A stretch of DNA of 64,000 nucleotides, from NCBI GenBank assembly GCA_965216875.1, contig OZ244207.1:7296001-7360000 (forward strand), written 5' to 3'. Within the stretch, counting starts at the first letter, position 1. Each line of letters starts with the position of its first letter. Shown here piece after piece: positions 28,901 to 38,040 of the stretch. A program made the position numbers and the translations under genes. Source of the stretch: Rubripirellula sp. GTDB taxonomy: Bacteria; Planctomycetota; Planctomycetia; Pirellulales; Pirellulaceae. Below the pieces are notes generated by a model, which saw only the letters and a list, made by a program, of their open reading frames with translations, had not been told where the DNA came from and ran no database searches.

Positions 28901-29351
28901 CGCTTGAGAATCGCGTCGCGTCTCGTCCGCGACGCCCTACACTGCCCGGTTGTCCATCACCTCCGCGTCCACCATCACCGCCACGTCCACCTTGGGTGTC
29001 GACAAAGAGGTAGCCCGAATCGCCGATGACAAGCTCTTCGGATTGTTTGATGATCGTCGTGCCGCTGCGTTCGGCTTCGATCTGTGCGATGATCAAACCG
29101 GCATGTTTCGTATCGATCGCAAGTTCAATCGTGACATCAGCACCGGCTTGGCCAGATTGAGCCTGAGTTGCATCACCGCCGCGCCGCCCATTTTGCCCTC
29201 GGCGTGTCGGCGCCATGCGATAGCTTTGACCGTCGCGTCCACCAACCCCGTCATCTCCTTCGAGCCGAAGGTGCATGAGAAGTTCTTGTTCACTGTCCGA
29301 CGCGAAACAACCGGCGTCAGAAAGGTGTCGGCGGTGATCAGGCAGGTTCAA
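25938..29351 (-). CDS. Large hypothetical protein with N-terminal glycine-rich (GGxGGx/GxxG) region
   Basis: 1137-aa ORF; Gly-rich approx. aa 30-280, then beta-rich and alpha/beta globular regions; no signal peptide. Confidence 0.85.
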   Translation of the reverse strand: MNLPDHRRHLSDAGCFASDSEQELLMHLRLEGDDGVGGRDGQSYRMAPTRRGQNGRRGGDATQAQSGQAGADVTIELAIDTKHAGLIIAQIEAERSGTTIIKQSEELVIGDSGYLFVDTQGGRGGDGGRGGDGQPGSVGRRGRDATRFSSGSNGGPGGHGGNAGNPTDGADGGCGGNITVRVSDAEQGLLMLAKGNRAGGDIGFAGLPGRGGAGGKGGRGGSSYHWTETDWYTDSEGNRKSRTTSHSNPGGHKGRNGRSGASSSYRAIDGHPGQPGLFRIEVVSKTGVTEYPAPFDLELVTFRVASEYEVFEPDSLLSIDFIEIRNCGGMPTPANFTVRLHLPPDRWVLSDQVDLVLHQSIAPGESYTFENHGLKFRAGDYIVEQPRRRPFVLSHLVNPIARLESGIRRPFRQFENGDEIELRFPIELMPITALGSLAPGESTRLILGVTNIGAETFDHKHLYRAVQSRIRLSGGDLDRSAIVFFDDEDQLHSLTDESFRTAVREFKPGETRIIETRIGVDASADVVAYQGFELCVDADLQRPQSSQQSDQFRCVDSRKTFIRVSQRYQKRDGSRFLLVANQKTSLNDIQNWSQMADYFGSTLDVWDVSYYGFFDLERIVQNDRSLMQQWRGMTIIVPNNNFLTADGKTYAYQQLAKSQFLKAAADYDIKFYFVGDATSGGEDMLRTALIPVDQKRVASETLDPKSFLREVKRWNRYVDQSHDLVGSATSDAREFADITLGAVHDFPINKRTFLFQPKEKWLRKQAHNLQRKLRKTDPLHRWVIVYRYDTGDSDTSWGFFKQRKVGSLELRRTLDTTKGSVVLFEVDKLDALDDDFINSKANKHGIFLALKFEDKVDRFIRLVSERTFPRYAENYIERPLSREEVEEIGNELVDSILTDLFNEQRNARKSKVFGRRGVRALLPKLNYLAERALNYGVTYKQMQDHPESLELLYELIANIRFMAKRSRTVWDLAIFPTAFFKRSRAVSAHMNDRADKIVTNIFGRRRGWWNRASDSGDDYDPFGTAKKKAARGIERITADQRIDAIERELQRRRRLNRSMKFYTTAQDHPGLTYDPELLPESQRVLSGVEFDRLVAAEAMASQKREQTERAVKEKRSDLLVPLVQSITQKRAVPQANK

Positions 29352-29479
29352 TGGCAGAGATCGCGATCGGGTAGCAGCAGGAAATGTTGCTCAAGTCTAC
29401 CTTGGTGATGGCAATCACATGTGCCGTTGGACGGTATCGGAATTGTTCTCCTCTTTCCGAAACCACGATAGGGTGGCGT

Positions 29480-30868
29480 CTAAAAGAGTCGGTTCAAGCC
29501 ATTGAGCGCTGCAACGCGATAGGCTTCGGCCATCGTTGGGTAGTTGAACGTTGTTTCGACAAAGTAGTTCAGGGTGTTGTGCGGCGCGGGCTGATCCATG
29601 ATCGCTTGGCCGATGTGAATGATTTCCGATGCGTTCGCACCAAAGCAGTGAATCCCAAGGATCTCGAGCGTCTCGCGGTCAAACAAGATCTTGAGCATTC
29701 CCGTGGTTTGTCCAGTGATCTGGGCACGGGCGAGTGAGCGGAACTGGCTTTGGCCGACTTCGTAGGCACGCTTTTCGGAAGTGAGTTCGCGTTCCGTTTT
29801 GCCAACGCTGCTGATTTCGGGGCTCGTGTAGATGCCGGTTGGAATCTCGTGGATTCGAAGGTTGCCATCTTTGCGGCCAAGCATGTGCATCGCTGCGGCT
29901 CGGCCTTGTGTGTACGCAGCACTGGCAAGGGATGGGAATCCGATCACATCACCAACAGCGTAGATGTGCGGAACCGCCGTTTGGAATTGGTCGTCGATAT
30001 CAAGTTGGCCACGACTGTTTGGAACGAGACCGATTTCTTCAAGCCCCATGTCTTCGGTGTTGCCCGAGCGACCGTTGGCCCAAAGGAACGCGTCGGCTTT
30101 GACGCGTTTGCCACTCTTGAGGTTCAAGATCACACCATCGCCACATCCTTCGACACTGTCAACACTTTCGTTGTGGCGAATGATGACGCCTTGATCACGT
30201 AGGTGATACGAAAGTGCGTCGATGATTTCGTTGTCCAAAAACTCGAGCAACGCATCACGGGTGTTGATCAAGTTGACCTTCATCTCGAGGTTTCGGAACA
30301 TCGATGCGTATTCCGTTCCGATCACGCCCGCACCATAGATGCATATGGATGAGGGCTTGTGGTCCATCGTCAAGATGGTGTCGCTGTCGTAGATCCGTGG
30401 ATGATCAAAGTCGACATAGTCGGGGCGATAGGGACGACTTCCCGTCGCGATGACAAACGCCCTGGCGGTGATCTTGTCGCAATCCACTTCGAGGGTGTGA
30501 TCGTCGATGAAGCGTGCGTGACCACGAAGGATGGGGACATCATTGCGGTCGTAAAAGGAACGCCGCATCGTGACTTGGCGATTGATGATGGCAGCCGTTC
30601 CGCGACGCAATTGATCAAGCGTTGGGCTAGCACTGATTCCCATTTCACGAAACGTCGGATTCTTCAGAGCCGACATCGTGCTGGTGATCGCGAAACGCAA
30701 TGCTTTGCTTGGAATCGTTCCCCAGTGGGTACAGCCACCACCGATCTGCTGGTATCTTTCAGCTACTGCGACACGCAAGCCTCCTTTGCATGCCTGCATC
30801 GCAGCTCCCTCACCACCTGGGCCCGTCCCAATCACAACCAAGTCGTAGTCGAAGTTCGAATCGTTCAT
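29480..30868 (-). CDS. sthA: Soluble pyridine nucleotide transhydrogenase
   Basis: [21 protein letters not shown] (CxxxxT), terminal [22 protein letters not shown]. Confidence 0.95.
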   Translation of the reverse strand: MNDSNFDYDLVVIGTGPGGEGAAMQACKGGLRVAVAERYQQIGGGCTHWGTIPSKALRFAITSTMSALKNPTFREMGISASPTLDQLRRGTAAIINRQVTMRRSFYDRNDVPILRGHARFIDDHTLEVDCDKITARAFVIATGSRPYRPDYVDFDHPRIYDSDTILTMDHKPSSICIYGAGVIGTEYASMFRNLEMKVNLINTRDALLEFLDNEIIDALSYHLRDQGVIIRHNESVDSVEGCGDGVILNLKSGKRVKADAFLWANGRSGNTEDMGLEEIGLVPNSRGQLDIDDQFQTAVPHIYAVGDVIGFPSLASAAYTQGRAAAMHMLGRKDGNLRIHEIPTGIYTSPEISSVGKTERELTSEKRAYEVGQSQFRSLARAQITGQTTGMLKILFDRETLEILGIHCFGANASEIIHIGQAIMDQPAPHNTLNYFVETTFNYPTMAEAYRVAALNGLNRLF

Positions 30869-30936
30869 ATTTAGCGTGAGACCCTTCGGCGATGTCTTTG
30901 ACGACGAAACCTTAACTTTGCGTGGATGATGTTACG

Positions 30937-31755
30937 ATGTTGATCGCCTGCGTCCAGACCGATATCAAATTCGCCGATGTGCAATCGAACCTGCAACGAG
31001 TCATCGAATCGGCCCAAGAAGCGGGGAAACGAGGCGCAGACCTTGTTGTTTTTCCTGAGTGTATGCTCTCAGGATACGCTTTCGACAGCCGTGACGAAGC
31101 GCTGCCGCATGCTCGGTCCGTCGACGATCCACTGTTCGCCGACATTGCCGAAATTGCCGCCCAACACGACATGCATCTAACCCTGGGCTATTTGGAAAAG
31201 GCTGGCGACCAACTTTTCAACGGGGCCGCCTTGGTCGGACCCCAGGGCGTGGTCGGGCGTTATCGCAAAGTCCACCTGCCGCATCTCGGCATCGATCGCT
31301 TCGTCGATCGAGGTGACATTCCGTACGATGTTCTCGCCGCAGGCGATACAAAGGTTGGGCTGGGAATCTGCTACGACAGTTCGTTTCCCGAGCCGATGCG
31401 ATTGCTCGCACTCAAAGGAGCGGACGTGATCGCGCTTGGTACGAACTGGCCCAACGGGGCTGCCCATACGGCCGATATCGTTCCGCCGGCACGGAGCATG
31501 GAGAACCATCTTTACTTTGTAGTTGCGAATCGCGTGGGCGAAGAAAACGGATTTGGTTTCTGCGGTCGCAGTTCGATCTGTGGTCCCGACGGCATCATCC
31601 TGGCCAAGGCCGAAGGTGATGAAGAGACGATCCTTTACGGCGAAGCTGATGTTCAACTCGCTCGGAACAAACGAATTGAACGTACCAAAGGCGCCCACGT
31701 CATCGACCGGTTCCAGGATCGCGTGCCCGATTTTTATGGTGGTCTCGATGCGTAG
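30937..31755 (+). CDS. Carbon-nitrogen hydrolase (nitrilase family)
   Basis: FPE, YRKVHL, ICYD = E-K-C triad; ARSMEN, NRVG. Confidence 0.93.
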   Translation: MLIACVQTDIKFADVQSNLQRVIESAQEAGKRGADLVVFPECMLSGYAFDSRDEALPHARSVDDPLFADIAEIAAQHDMHLTLGYLEKAGDQLFNGAALVGPQGVVGRYRKVHLPHLGIDRFVDRGDIPYDVLAAGDTKVGLGICYDSSFPEPMRLLALKGADVIALGTNWPNGAAHTADIVPPARSMENHLYFVVANRVGEENGFGFCGRSSICGPDGIILAKAEGDEETILYGEADVQLARNKRIERTKGAHVIDRFQDRVPDFYGGLDA

Positions 31756-31757
31756 AG

Positions 31758-32043
31758 TGTCGCCTTTCGCTCCGCGAAAGTAGCGTGATTCTCCGGATGC
31801 TCCGCGCCCTTATCCCGTGAGCCGAACGCGCTAGCGTCGGGCCTTGCGTCTTCGGTAGCTACGCTCGCCAGAGCGTGGAGACAATGGAGAGTGGTCTCGT
31901 CGCGCATCCCACCTTCTGGCGAAGGTAGCTACGACGCGTTCGGCTCACATACGCGTAGCCTCTCAGGCGAAAGCTGCGCCGTTCGTCGTCCCGCCCTTAG
32001 GCGGAATGCGCGAAGATTCCACCTAAAGCTCGGTACTACAAAC
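31758..32043. repeat. Largest REP mosaic: A half, B, C-left, D pair, C-right, E pair
   Basis: A 31758-31784; B 31794-31808; C 31817-31843 and 31934-31948; D 31855-31878 / 31909-31932; E 31981-32043 (inverted relative to the 15386 copy). Confidence 0.9.
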
Positions 32044-32049
32044 GGGTGG

Positions 32050-33435
32050 TCACTTGGCTTCTTGACGTTCAAGTCGTTCGTTGAGTTTTTCGATTAGCTC
32101 ACGCAGTTCTTTTAGTTCGTCTTCTGTTTTGCGTTGCCAATCTTCGCGTGGGCGAATCGATTGCAGTCGTTCGGTTAACGCCTTCAAGTCTTTCTCTTGC
32201 TCTTTGCGATTCTTTTCAAGGTCTCGCATCGCCTCTTCAAGGTCGGACCGTTCGACTTTGAGGTCCTGGAATTGCCTTGGAAGTGCTGGTGGTGGAACAA
32301 CGACTCGGTCCCACTGCTTGAGAGCATCCAGCTGGTCATCACCACCGAGTGGTACGAGTTTTCCTTCTTCGATTTTGAACGCGTTTGGTGGGCGGTTTTT
32401 CGCCGTCTTCATCGGATTGAAAGCGTGGAAGTCGTCTTCGGCATTGACCGCTGACAATTCGATTTGCACCTCGATGGTTTCTTCGCCACGTTTGGCAACC
32501 ACATCCACCGTGTCGTCACCGCGGTACATTGCAACGGCGGCCAAGACATCAAGTTGCGATGGTGTGTTGTACGTGCCGACCTTTTCGATCAAGTCGCCAG
32601 CGCGAATTCCTGCTTTGGCGGCCGGGAATCCAGCGTTGACGCTGGTTATCTCAGGCGCCTCTTTGTTACCTAAGGTGATCCCGATTCGTCCACGGGCGAG
32701 ATCAGACGGGTTCTCGTTTTCTGCTGTTTCGAGCAAACGGCTCAGGTGGGTAGCGGGCAAGCACAACGCTTGGCCCTCGCTGGACCATGTCACGATCCCA
32801 ACCAATCCACCCTCTGCATCGACAACAGGGGCACCGATTGCGGAAGCACTTACGTCACTGTCAAGTTTCCAGGTGTAGCCCCGTTCGGGTTGATGTGGAT
32901 TCAAGTCACTCGCGACGACGGCGGCATCGACTTCGACGTGGCTGCCATCACTCATCCAGGAAACGGCGATTGGCAAACCAACACCGGGTTGTTCACTACG
33001 GATTTCAATCGGGCTCATCGGATCGCCATCGACCTTTAGCAAGACCAAACCCGTCACCAGATCGCGTACCACTGGGGTCGCCGATCGCGTTTCCCCATTG
33101 CTGGTGGTGATGTCGATGGTTTCGAGATCGGCCGGCAGGTTTAACGAAACGACCATGTCGCTCGAGACCGCAAATCCACTTCGCAGCGCCCCCGCCGTCA
33201 TGCGCCGATCGAGTTCACCAAAAGCCCAGCCTTCGACGGGCACTTGGTCCGCACGCAGTCGTTGCCAACGACGCATCGCCTCGCCCCATCGATCCTCCGG
33301 TAGGATTTGAACTTGCATCGAAACGGTTGCCGGCATTGCGATCGAAGCGGCTTTCCGCAGGTCGACTGCCGACTGAGCACTCGCCACCGCAGCAGCGACA
33401 CAGCAGGTCGCACCGATCAAACTTCGCAAAAGCAT
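32050..33435 (-). CDS. Secreted HtrA/DegP-like PDZ protein with degenerate protease domain and C-terminal coiled coil
   Basis: Signal peptide; SGFAVS, DLVTGLVLLKV, IGAPVVDAEGGLVGI trypsin-like remnants; PDZ GRIGI…PAAKAGIRAGDLI. Confidence 0.8.
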   Translation of the reverse strand: MLLRSLIGATCCVAAAVASAQSAVDLRKAASIAMPATVSMQVQILPEDRWGEAMRRWQRLRADQVPVEGWAFGELDRRMTAGALRSGFAVSSDMVVSLNLPADLETIDITTSNGETRSATPVVRDLVTGLVLLKVDGDPMSPIEIRSEQPGVGLPIAVSWMSDGSHVEVDAAVVASDLNPHQPERGYTWKLDSDVSASAIGAPVVDAEGGLVGIVTWSSEGQALCLPATHLSRLLETAENENPSDLARGRIGITLGNKEAPEITSVNAGFPAAKAGIRAGDLIEKVGTYNTPSQLDVLAAVAMYRGDDTVDVVAKRGEETIEVQIELSAVNAEDDFHAFNPMKTAKNRPPNAFKIEEGKLVPLGGDDQLDALKQWDRVVVPPPALPRQFQDLKVERSDLEEAMRDLEKNRKEQEKDLKALTERLQSIRPREDWQRKTEDELKELRELIEKLNERLERQEAK

Positions 33436-33492
33436 TTCTGTTCTCCTTGATTGAGACGCCTTTTCACTGGGATATCTGGAATCCAGCTGGCG

Positions 33493-34083
33493 CTAAAGAT
33501 TGAGTTCGGGTTGGTAGTGGGTGTGCCGGACAGCTTGAGTCGCCGCCTGCGAGCCGTCGTTTCGATAGACCGCTTCGATACTTTTCCATTGCCCCGTAGA
33601 CAATTGATCAAGATCGACCGGCAACCTCTGCTCGGACTCGATCCATCCAATGTGTTCGAGTTGCTGTGTTTCCTTATCGACGCCAAACAGCGGAAGCTGC
33701 CCGCGTACGGTTGCAAAGACGTGCAGCCCTCGACTGGTGGGTTGTTCGGCGAGCGTCGGCGTTTCTTGGCTCGGCGGCGATTTCGGTTGATCGGGTTTGG
33801 CGCCAATGTCAGTGGACTCAACTGCGACGTCGCTCGATGTGGTGTCTTGCGCCACAAGGTCAACACTCGGTGCGTCCCCTGTTGGACGAGCGTTTTCGTT
33901 CGGTAAGAAGCTTGACGCAACCAAGATCGCCAACGCACCTGCGCCCACCCAAGATCCAGATTGGGTCAGGCGTTGGCGTTGAGCGCGTCGGGCGATCGTT
34001 TCGATTCTTGGGATGTTCGATCGCGGTGCCGTTGGCGGTTCCGCGTTTAGGCGTTCTTCAAGTGATTGATGTTGTTCTGGCAT
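33493..34083 (-). CDS. Putative anti-sigma factor (single TM)
   Basis: Immediately downstream of the ECF sigma; short cytoplasmic N-terminus, one TM, low-complexity linker. Confidence 0.7.
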   Translation of the reverse strand: MPEQHQSLEERLNAEPPTAPRSNIPRIETIARRAQRQRLTQSGSWVGAGALAILVASSFLPNENARPTGDAPSVDLVAQDTTSSDVAVESTDIGAKPDQPKSPPSQETPTLAEQPTSRGLHVFATVRGQLPLFGVDKETQQLEHIGWIESEQRLPVDLDQLSTGQWKSIEAVYRNDGSQAATQAVRHTHYQPELNL

Positions 34084-34091
34084 CGCGTCAC

Positions 34092-34727
34092 TCAGGGTTC
34101 AAGGAGAGGTCGGCGAGCGGCGCCGTCGGTTTGTGATTGATCAACATGCTGCGAAAACTCTTTACGCGGGATCGCTTGCTCGTCGGGCCCAATCTGATTC
34201 TTTAGTCGTTTCAGTCCATGATGAACGCGGCTCTTCACCGTCCCTGAGGAGCAACCGACGACGGCTGCGATTTGTTCGTAGGAAAGCCCCTCGGCATAAC
34301 GCAGCGATACCGCATCACGTTGTGGTTTTGGCAACGCTGCGACCTTAGCCCAAATGCTCTCACGCCATTTCTTTTCCAAATAGATCGATTGTGGGTCGTC
34401 GCACTCGCGCTGCACTGATTCACCTTGAGCGTAGACGAGCAGTCGCCGACGCATTCGTGCAAACGTACGCTTGTGACGTGACCGCAGATTCAGCAAGATC
34501 CCGTACAGCCAAGTTTCCATTGAAGAGCGATTCTTGAACTGGCCAATCCGCCTGACGGCGACCGCAAACGTTTCCTGGGCTAAGTCTTCCGCTTCCCATA
34601 CGTCGCCCGTCATCACCCAAGCCGCTCGGTGGATGCGCTGGTAGTGCGCCGCAATCCAATCGCTGGACAGCTCAGGGCCAAACGACTCGTCACTGGAGTG
34701 CTCGTCACTAGGAAGGGGCTTCGTCAA
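34092..34727 (-). CDS. ECF RNA polymerase sigma factor
   Basis: [23 protein letters not shown]…[10 protein letters not shown]; start uncertain (TTG 34727 chosen). Confidence 0.9.
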   Translation of the reverse strand: MTKPLPSDEHSSDESFGPELSSDWIAAHYQRIHRAAWVMTGDVWEAEDLAQETFAVAVRRIGQFKNRSSMETWLYGILLNLRSRHKRTFARMRRRLLVYAQGESVQRECDDPQSIYLEKKWRESIWAKVAALPKPQRDAVSLRYAEGLSYEQIAAVVGCSSGTVKSRVHHGLKRLKNQIGPDEQAIPRKEFSQHVDQSQTDGAARRPLLEP

Positions 34728-34901
34728 TGACGATCCGTTTTGCAAAAGGAACCGTTTGTTGATTGGGGCGCTTGGGTGCAGAAGGAGCAGCAACGCATCC
34801 TGCTGATCTGGTCATCCACCCGTTAGCAATCAACCATTCGTTCCCGCACAGTCGCGATTGGTTCAAACCAAATTCAAAAAAACTCGACGAACGGCGATTT
34901 G

Positions 34902-35801
34902 CTAGCTCGGCAGGATCTCATCAAGCAATTGTCGCACTTTTTCGACATCGTCGGGGCCAAATTCTTTGAACGGAGCGGCCATCACAGGGCTGCAAACGTT
35001 CATCAGCGAGAGGGCGCACTTGATTCCTTTGACGATCGAGGAGGCGGGGTTGTCGCCAACGTTGTAGATCCGACCAAGCGAAATGACTTCTTTGCAAAGG
35101 CTTTCGGTGTCGCTGCCCTTTTCGGCAGCTTCGAAAAGATCGACGTACAGACGTGGTCGCACATTGGCGCCACCGCAAACGCCTCCGTCGCCGCCAAGTC
35201 GAACGACCTCGTCAAGCAGGTGCTCGGGGCCAACCAACATGGCAAAGTCGTCAACATCCTGGGTGAGCTTGCGGACGGTCGAAAAGTAGTTGATGTCGCC
35301 GCTGCTGTCTTTGAGTCCAGCCACTTGCGGCCAGCTTGCCAGTTGGGCGATCGTTTCAGGCGAGTAGGAGAGCTTCGTCATCGCAGGCATGTTGTAGAGC
35401 ATGACTGGCAACGGAAGCGCGGGGATCAGCTCTTCCAGATACTCGAGCAACTCTTCCTGGCCGGCGGGGAAATAGTAGGGCGGTGCCAGAACCACCGCGG
35501 ACGCCCCCGCCTCGGCGGCATGCGACGCAAGACTGATCGATTCAAAGAAGGAGGGATCGGTGATTCCGACCAAGACGGGAACTCGGCCGCCGACAAACTC
35601 ACAGGCTTTGGTGACGACTTCGCGTTGAAGTTGATGCGACAGCGAGGGGCCTTCGCCTGTTGTGCCAAGGACAAAGATGCCGTGGACGCCACCGGCAAGG
35701 ACGTGTTCGATCAAAGCCCCAAACCCGTGCACATCCAAGCACTCGCGGTCGCTTAGCGGCGTCACGAGCGGTGGAATGATGCCTCGATACGTTTGGCTCA
35801 T
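34902..35801 (-). CDS. Dihydrodipicolinate synthase-family aldolase/lyase
   Basis: GIIPPLVTP, GTTGE, PPYY, LYNMP, GLKDSSGD. Confidence 0.92.
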   Translation of the reverse strand: MSQTYRGIIPPLVTPLSDRECLDVHGFGALIEHVLAGGVHGIFVLGTTGEGPSLSHQLQREVVTKACEFVGGRVPVLVGITDPSFFESISLASHAAEAGASAVVLAPPYYFPAGQEELLEYLEELIPALPLPVMLYNMPAMTKLSYSPETIAQLASWPQVAGLKDSSGDINYFSTVRKLTQDVDDFAMLVGPEHLLDEVVRLGGDGGVCGGANVRPRLYVDLFEAAEKGSDTESLCKEVISLGRIYNVGDNPASSIVKGIKCALSLMNVCSPVMAAPFKEFGPDDVEKVRQLLDEILPS

Positions 35802-36101
35802 CTTCGCGTGCCTTGCTTTGACTCGATCGGGAGGTAAGGGGCATGTGGCTTTTCAGTCATTGCACACTGGATCGTTGAGAACGTCTAGCCGTGGCAATTG
35901 TGCTGGCTGGAGCTACTTTTTGCGAATGTCGCATACCGGACGCGAAAAAGCCGACGTACAGTCCGATAGGCGGCCCATCACCAGGGACGGTGATCGACTC
36001 AGCCCGTGACTGGCTCAGGCTAGAATGTCGTTTCGGCGATTCACGCCAGACAAGACGAATCCTGCATTGGTTGCAGCAACAACGGGCACTCCACGCGCAT
36101 C

Positions 36102-38000
36102 ATGTTTTCTACTCTTCGTCGCTGGGTGTCGAAACGGTGGTACCCGGCTTGGCTTTCCCTGCTCATCACGGGCGTGATCGCGTCGGTATTGATCAACACG
36201 ATGCTCGCGTCGCCGCTGACAACCGATTGGACCGCGTATCAGTGGGCCTGTGTTGGCATTTGGTTTGGTGCTGCGATTGCATGTGTGGCGACGGCGCTGG
36301 CCGCACTTTCGGCGTCACAGGTTTCGCCTGTGTTACGCTTTGCAAGTTTCTGGATCGTCATCGCAACCGGATTACTTACTGCCTTCGTGGTCGGAGTGGC
36401 GACGGATGCAACCTACAAGGCGGTGCTTGCGTTGCAAGGAAGGGCTGGATTGTGTGGCAGTTTTCTCTGCCTCGGCACATCACTCGCCGCAATCACCTTG
36501 ATGCCATGGGCTTCGAAACAAGTCCGCCGTTTCGCGCCGCCAAGGAGCCAAGCGGCCGGGGTCACCACGCCGTTGCTCGAGCTTCAATTGACCGCGATCA
36601 TGTTGCTTGCCACAGCTTGCTTTCTGATCTACGTGATTGAGTGGACCGAGGCCCATTCGCATGGTGCTTGTTTGCGCCTGGCTGTGTTCCATTTTTCGAT
36701 TGGTTTTGCGTCAACGTTTGGGGTTCGTTGGTTTCACGTCGATCGGACGTTGCGATGGCGCAGGTTGGTTGGAGTGATTGTCGTTGTGCCCGCAACGTAT
36801 CTGGTGGGCGATGCGATGTTTGATCCCAATGGCACGCAGGCGACGCCGATGGACACCTCCCACAATGTCGTCATGTCAATGGGCATCGTCGGATCGTGGG
36901 TGATGACATCGGCCGTGCTTGTTCGAACGCTTCAATGGTCCGGCTGGCGGTTCTCTCGTCGCCGTGTTGCCGTCCCGACGCTTGCTGACGGATCATTGAA
37001 CGAGTCGTTAATTGCGCGCCGCAAGAATCTTATCGCCCAATCCGGCTTGGTGGCGTTGACGGCATTGGTCGTTGCGATCGTCGGTCTCGGAGTCCCGCTT
37101 TACGTGCCAGCGATCGCTATCGAAGAGATCAAGCAAGACTGGCATTCCGGTTTCTATTACCCAGGCTATTCCTACAATGGTTGGGACACCGAGTTCAACC
37201 TGCTCTCGGCCTCGATTCGTACGTTTGCTGTGACGGGCGTGATCGGATTTGGATCGGCCCTCATCATCGTTGCAGTGCATCACCTGCGCGGTTTGGTATC
37301 TCAAACGCTGGTATCCCTTTCGATTATCTGCATCCCTTTGTCTTTGTTCAGCGTGACGCCAAAGAATCTGGAAGAGGGGCTAGGGATTTGCTTTGTGGTT
37401 GCCTTGCCAATCGTGATTGCAACGCGATTGATGCGTGGCATCGAGACTCATTGGACCAAATTCCGTGCTGGGGCGGTGTCAGTTGCAAAATGGCATGTCG
37501 ATATTCGCTCGATCATGTTGCTGACTTTGCTGGTCGGCATTGAGATCCAATTGCTGCGAACGATTGCGGATGCGTCGCTACTGCCAAAAGCGGCAATTGC
37601 GTTTGCGGTAGCTCTCTACTTTCACCTGATCGTTCTGCTTACCATCCGCCGGAGCATTGGCGGTAAGACCTGGCTCAACCTGTTCGGTTGGTGCATGTTG
37701 TGGTTGCTGCTTTTAGTCGGCTCGAACGTCAGCAGTTACCTTGACCAGGACGAGTCGTACTTCGAAGGCAACGTGCTGCTTCTAGCTTGCTTTGGCGGTT
37801 TCTGGGTTTCGATGACGGTCGCCATCCCGATTCTCGTTTTGTGTGGTTGGCATCGTCAGTCCTGCCGAGTCGGCTGGTCCGACCCGGCGCAGAAATCGTC
37901 CGATACATCGCTCGGTTCGCCAAGATCCGTGGGCGAAGCACCAACGAAGACGGTTGAAAAGCAACCGTCTTCGACTGAGTCGCCAACACAATGCGTCTAG
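36102..38000 (+). CDS. Polytopic membrane protein, apparently internally duplicated
   Basis: 632 aa with many TM segments; similar motifs in both halves (LQLTAIMLLAT / VDIRSIMLLT; WSGWR / LCGWHR). Confidence 0.75.
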   Translation: MFSTLRRWVSKRWYPAWLSLLITGVIASVLINTMLASPLTTDWTAYQWACVGIWFGAAIACVATALAALSASQVSPVLRFASFWIVIATGLLTAFVVGVATDATYKAVLALQGRAGLCGSFLCLGTSLAAITLMPWASKQVRRFAPPRSQAAGVTTPLLELQLTAIMLLATACFLIYVIEWTEAHSHGACLRLAVFHFSIGFASTFGVRWFHVDRTLRWRRLVGVIVVVPATYLVGDAMFDPNGTQATPMDTSHNVVMSMGIVGSWVMTSAVLVRTLQWSGWRFSRRRVAVPTLADGSLNESLIARRKNLIAQSGLVALTALVVAIVGLGVPLYVPAIAIEEIKQDWHSGFYYPGYSYNGWDTEFNLLSASIRTFAVTGVIGFGSALIIVAVHHLRGLVSQTLVSLSIICIPLSLFSVTPKNLEEGLGICFVVALPIVIATRLMRGIETHWTKFRAGAVSVAKWHVDIRSIMLLTLLVGIEIQLLRTIADASLLPKAAIAFAVALYFHLIVLLTIRRSIGGKTWLNLFGWCMLWLLLLVGSNVSSYLDQDESYFEGNVLLLACFGGFWVSMTVAIPILVLCGWHRQSCRVGWSDPAQKSSDTSLGSPRSVGEAPTKTVEKQPSSTESPTQCV

Positions 38001-38040
38001 TAGCACGCCATGGCATCGGCGGCGAACCTACCGGTCGCCA

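Noticed and set aside
28560..29260. Collagen triple-helix call for the Gly-rich region
   Set aside because: Runs are short, GG-rich and interrupted, not long uninterrupted G-X-Y
31758..32043. Repeat clusters as a CRISPR array
   Set aside because: Units are inverted, belong to different families and are not regularly spaced; no cas genes are present
34836..34865. TGAACC…CGAAT as an autoregulated ECF promoter
   Set aside because: The 19-nt spacer is longer than typical and there is no second instance to support it
34899..35756. 285-aa plus-strand ORF (and similar long antisense ORFs such as 61756-62691, 37843-38715, 32081-32878)
   Set aside because: Shadows of well-supported genes on the opposite strand in GC-rich DNA; no recognisable motifs
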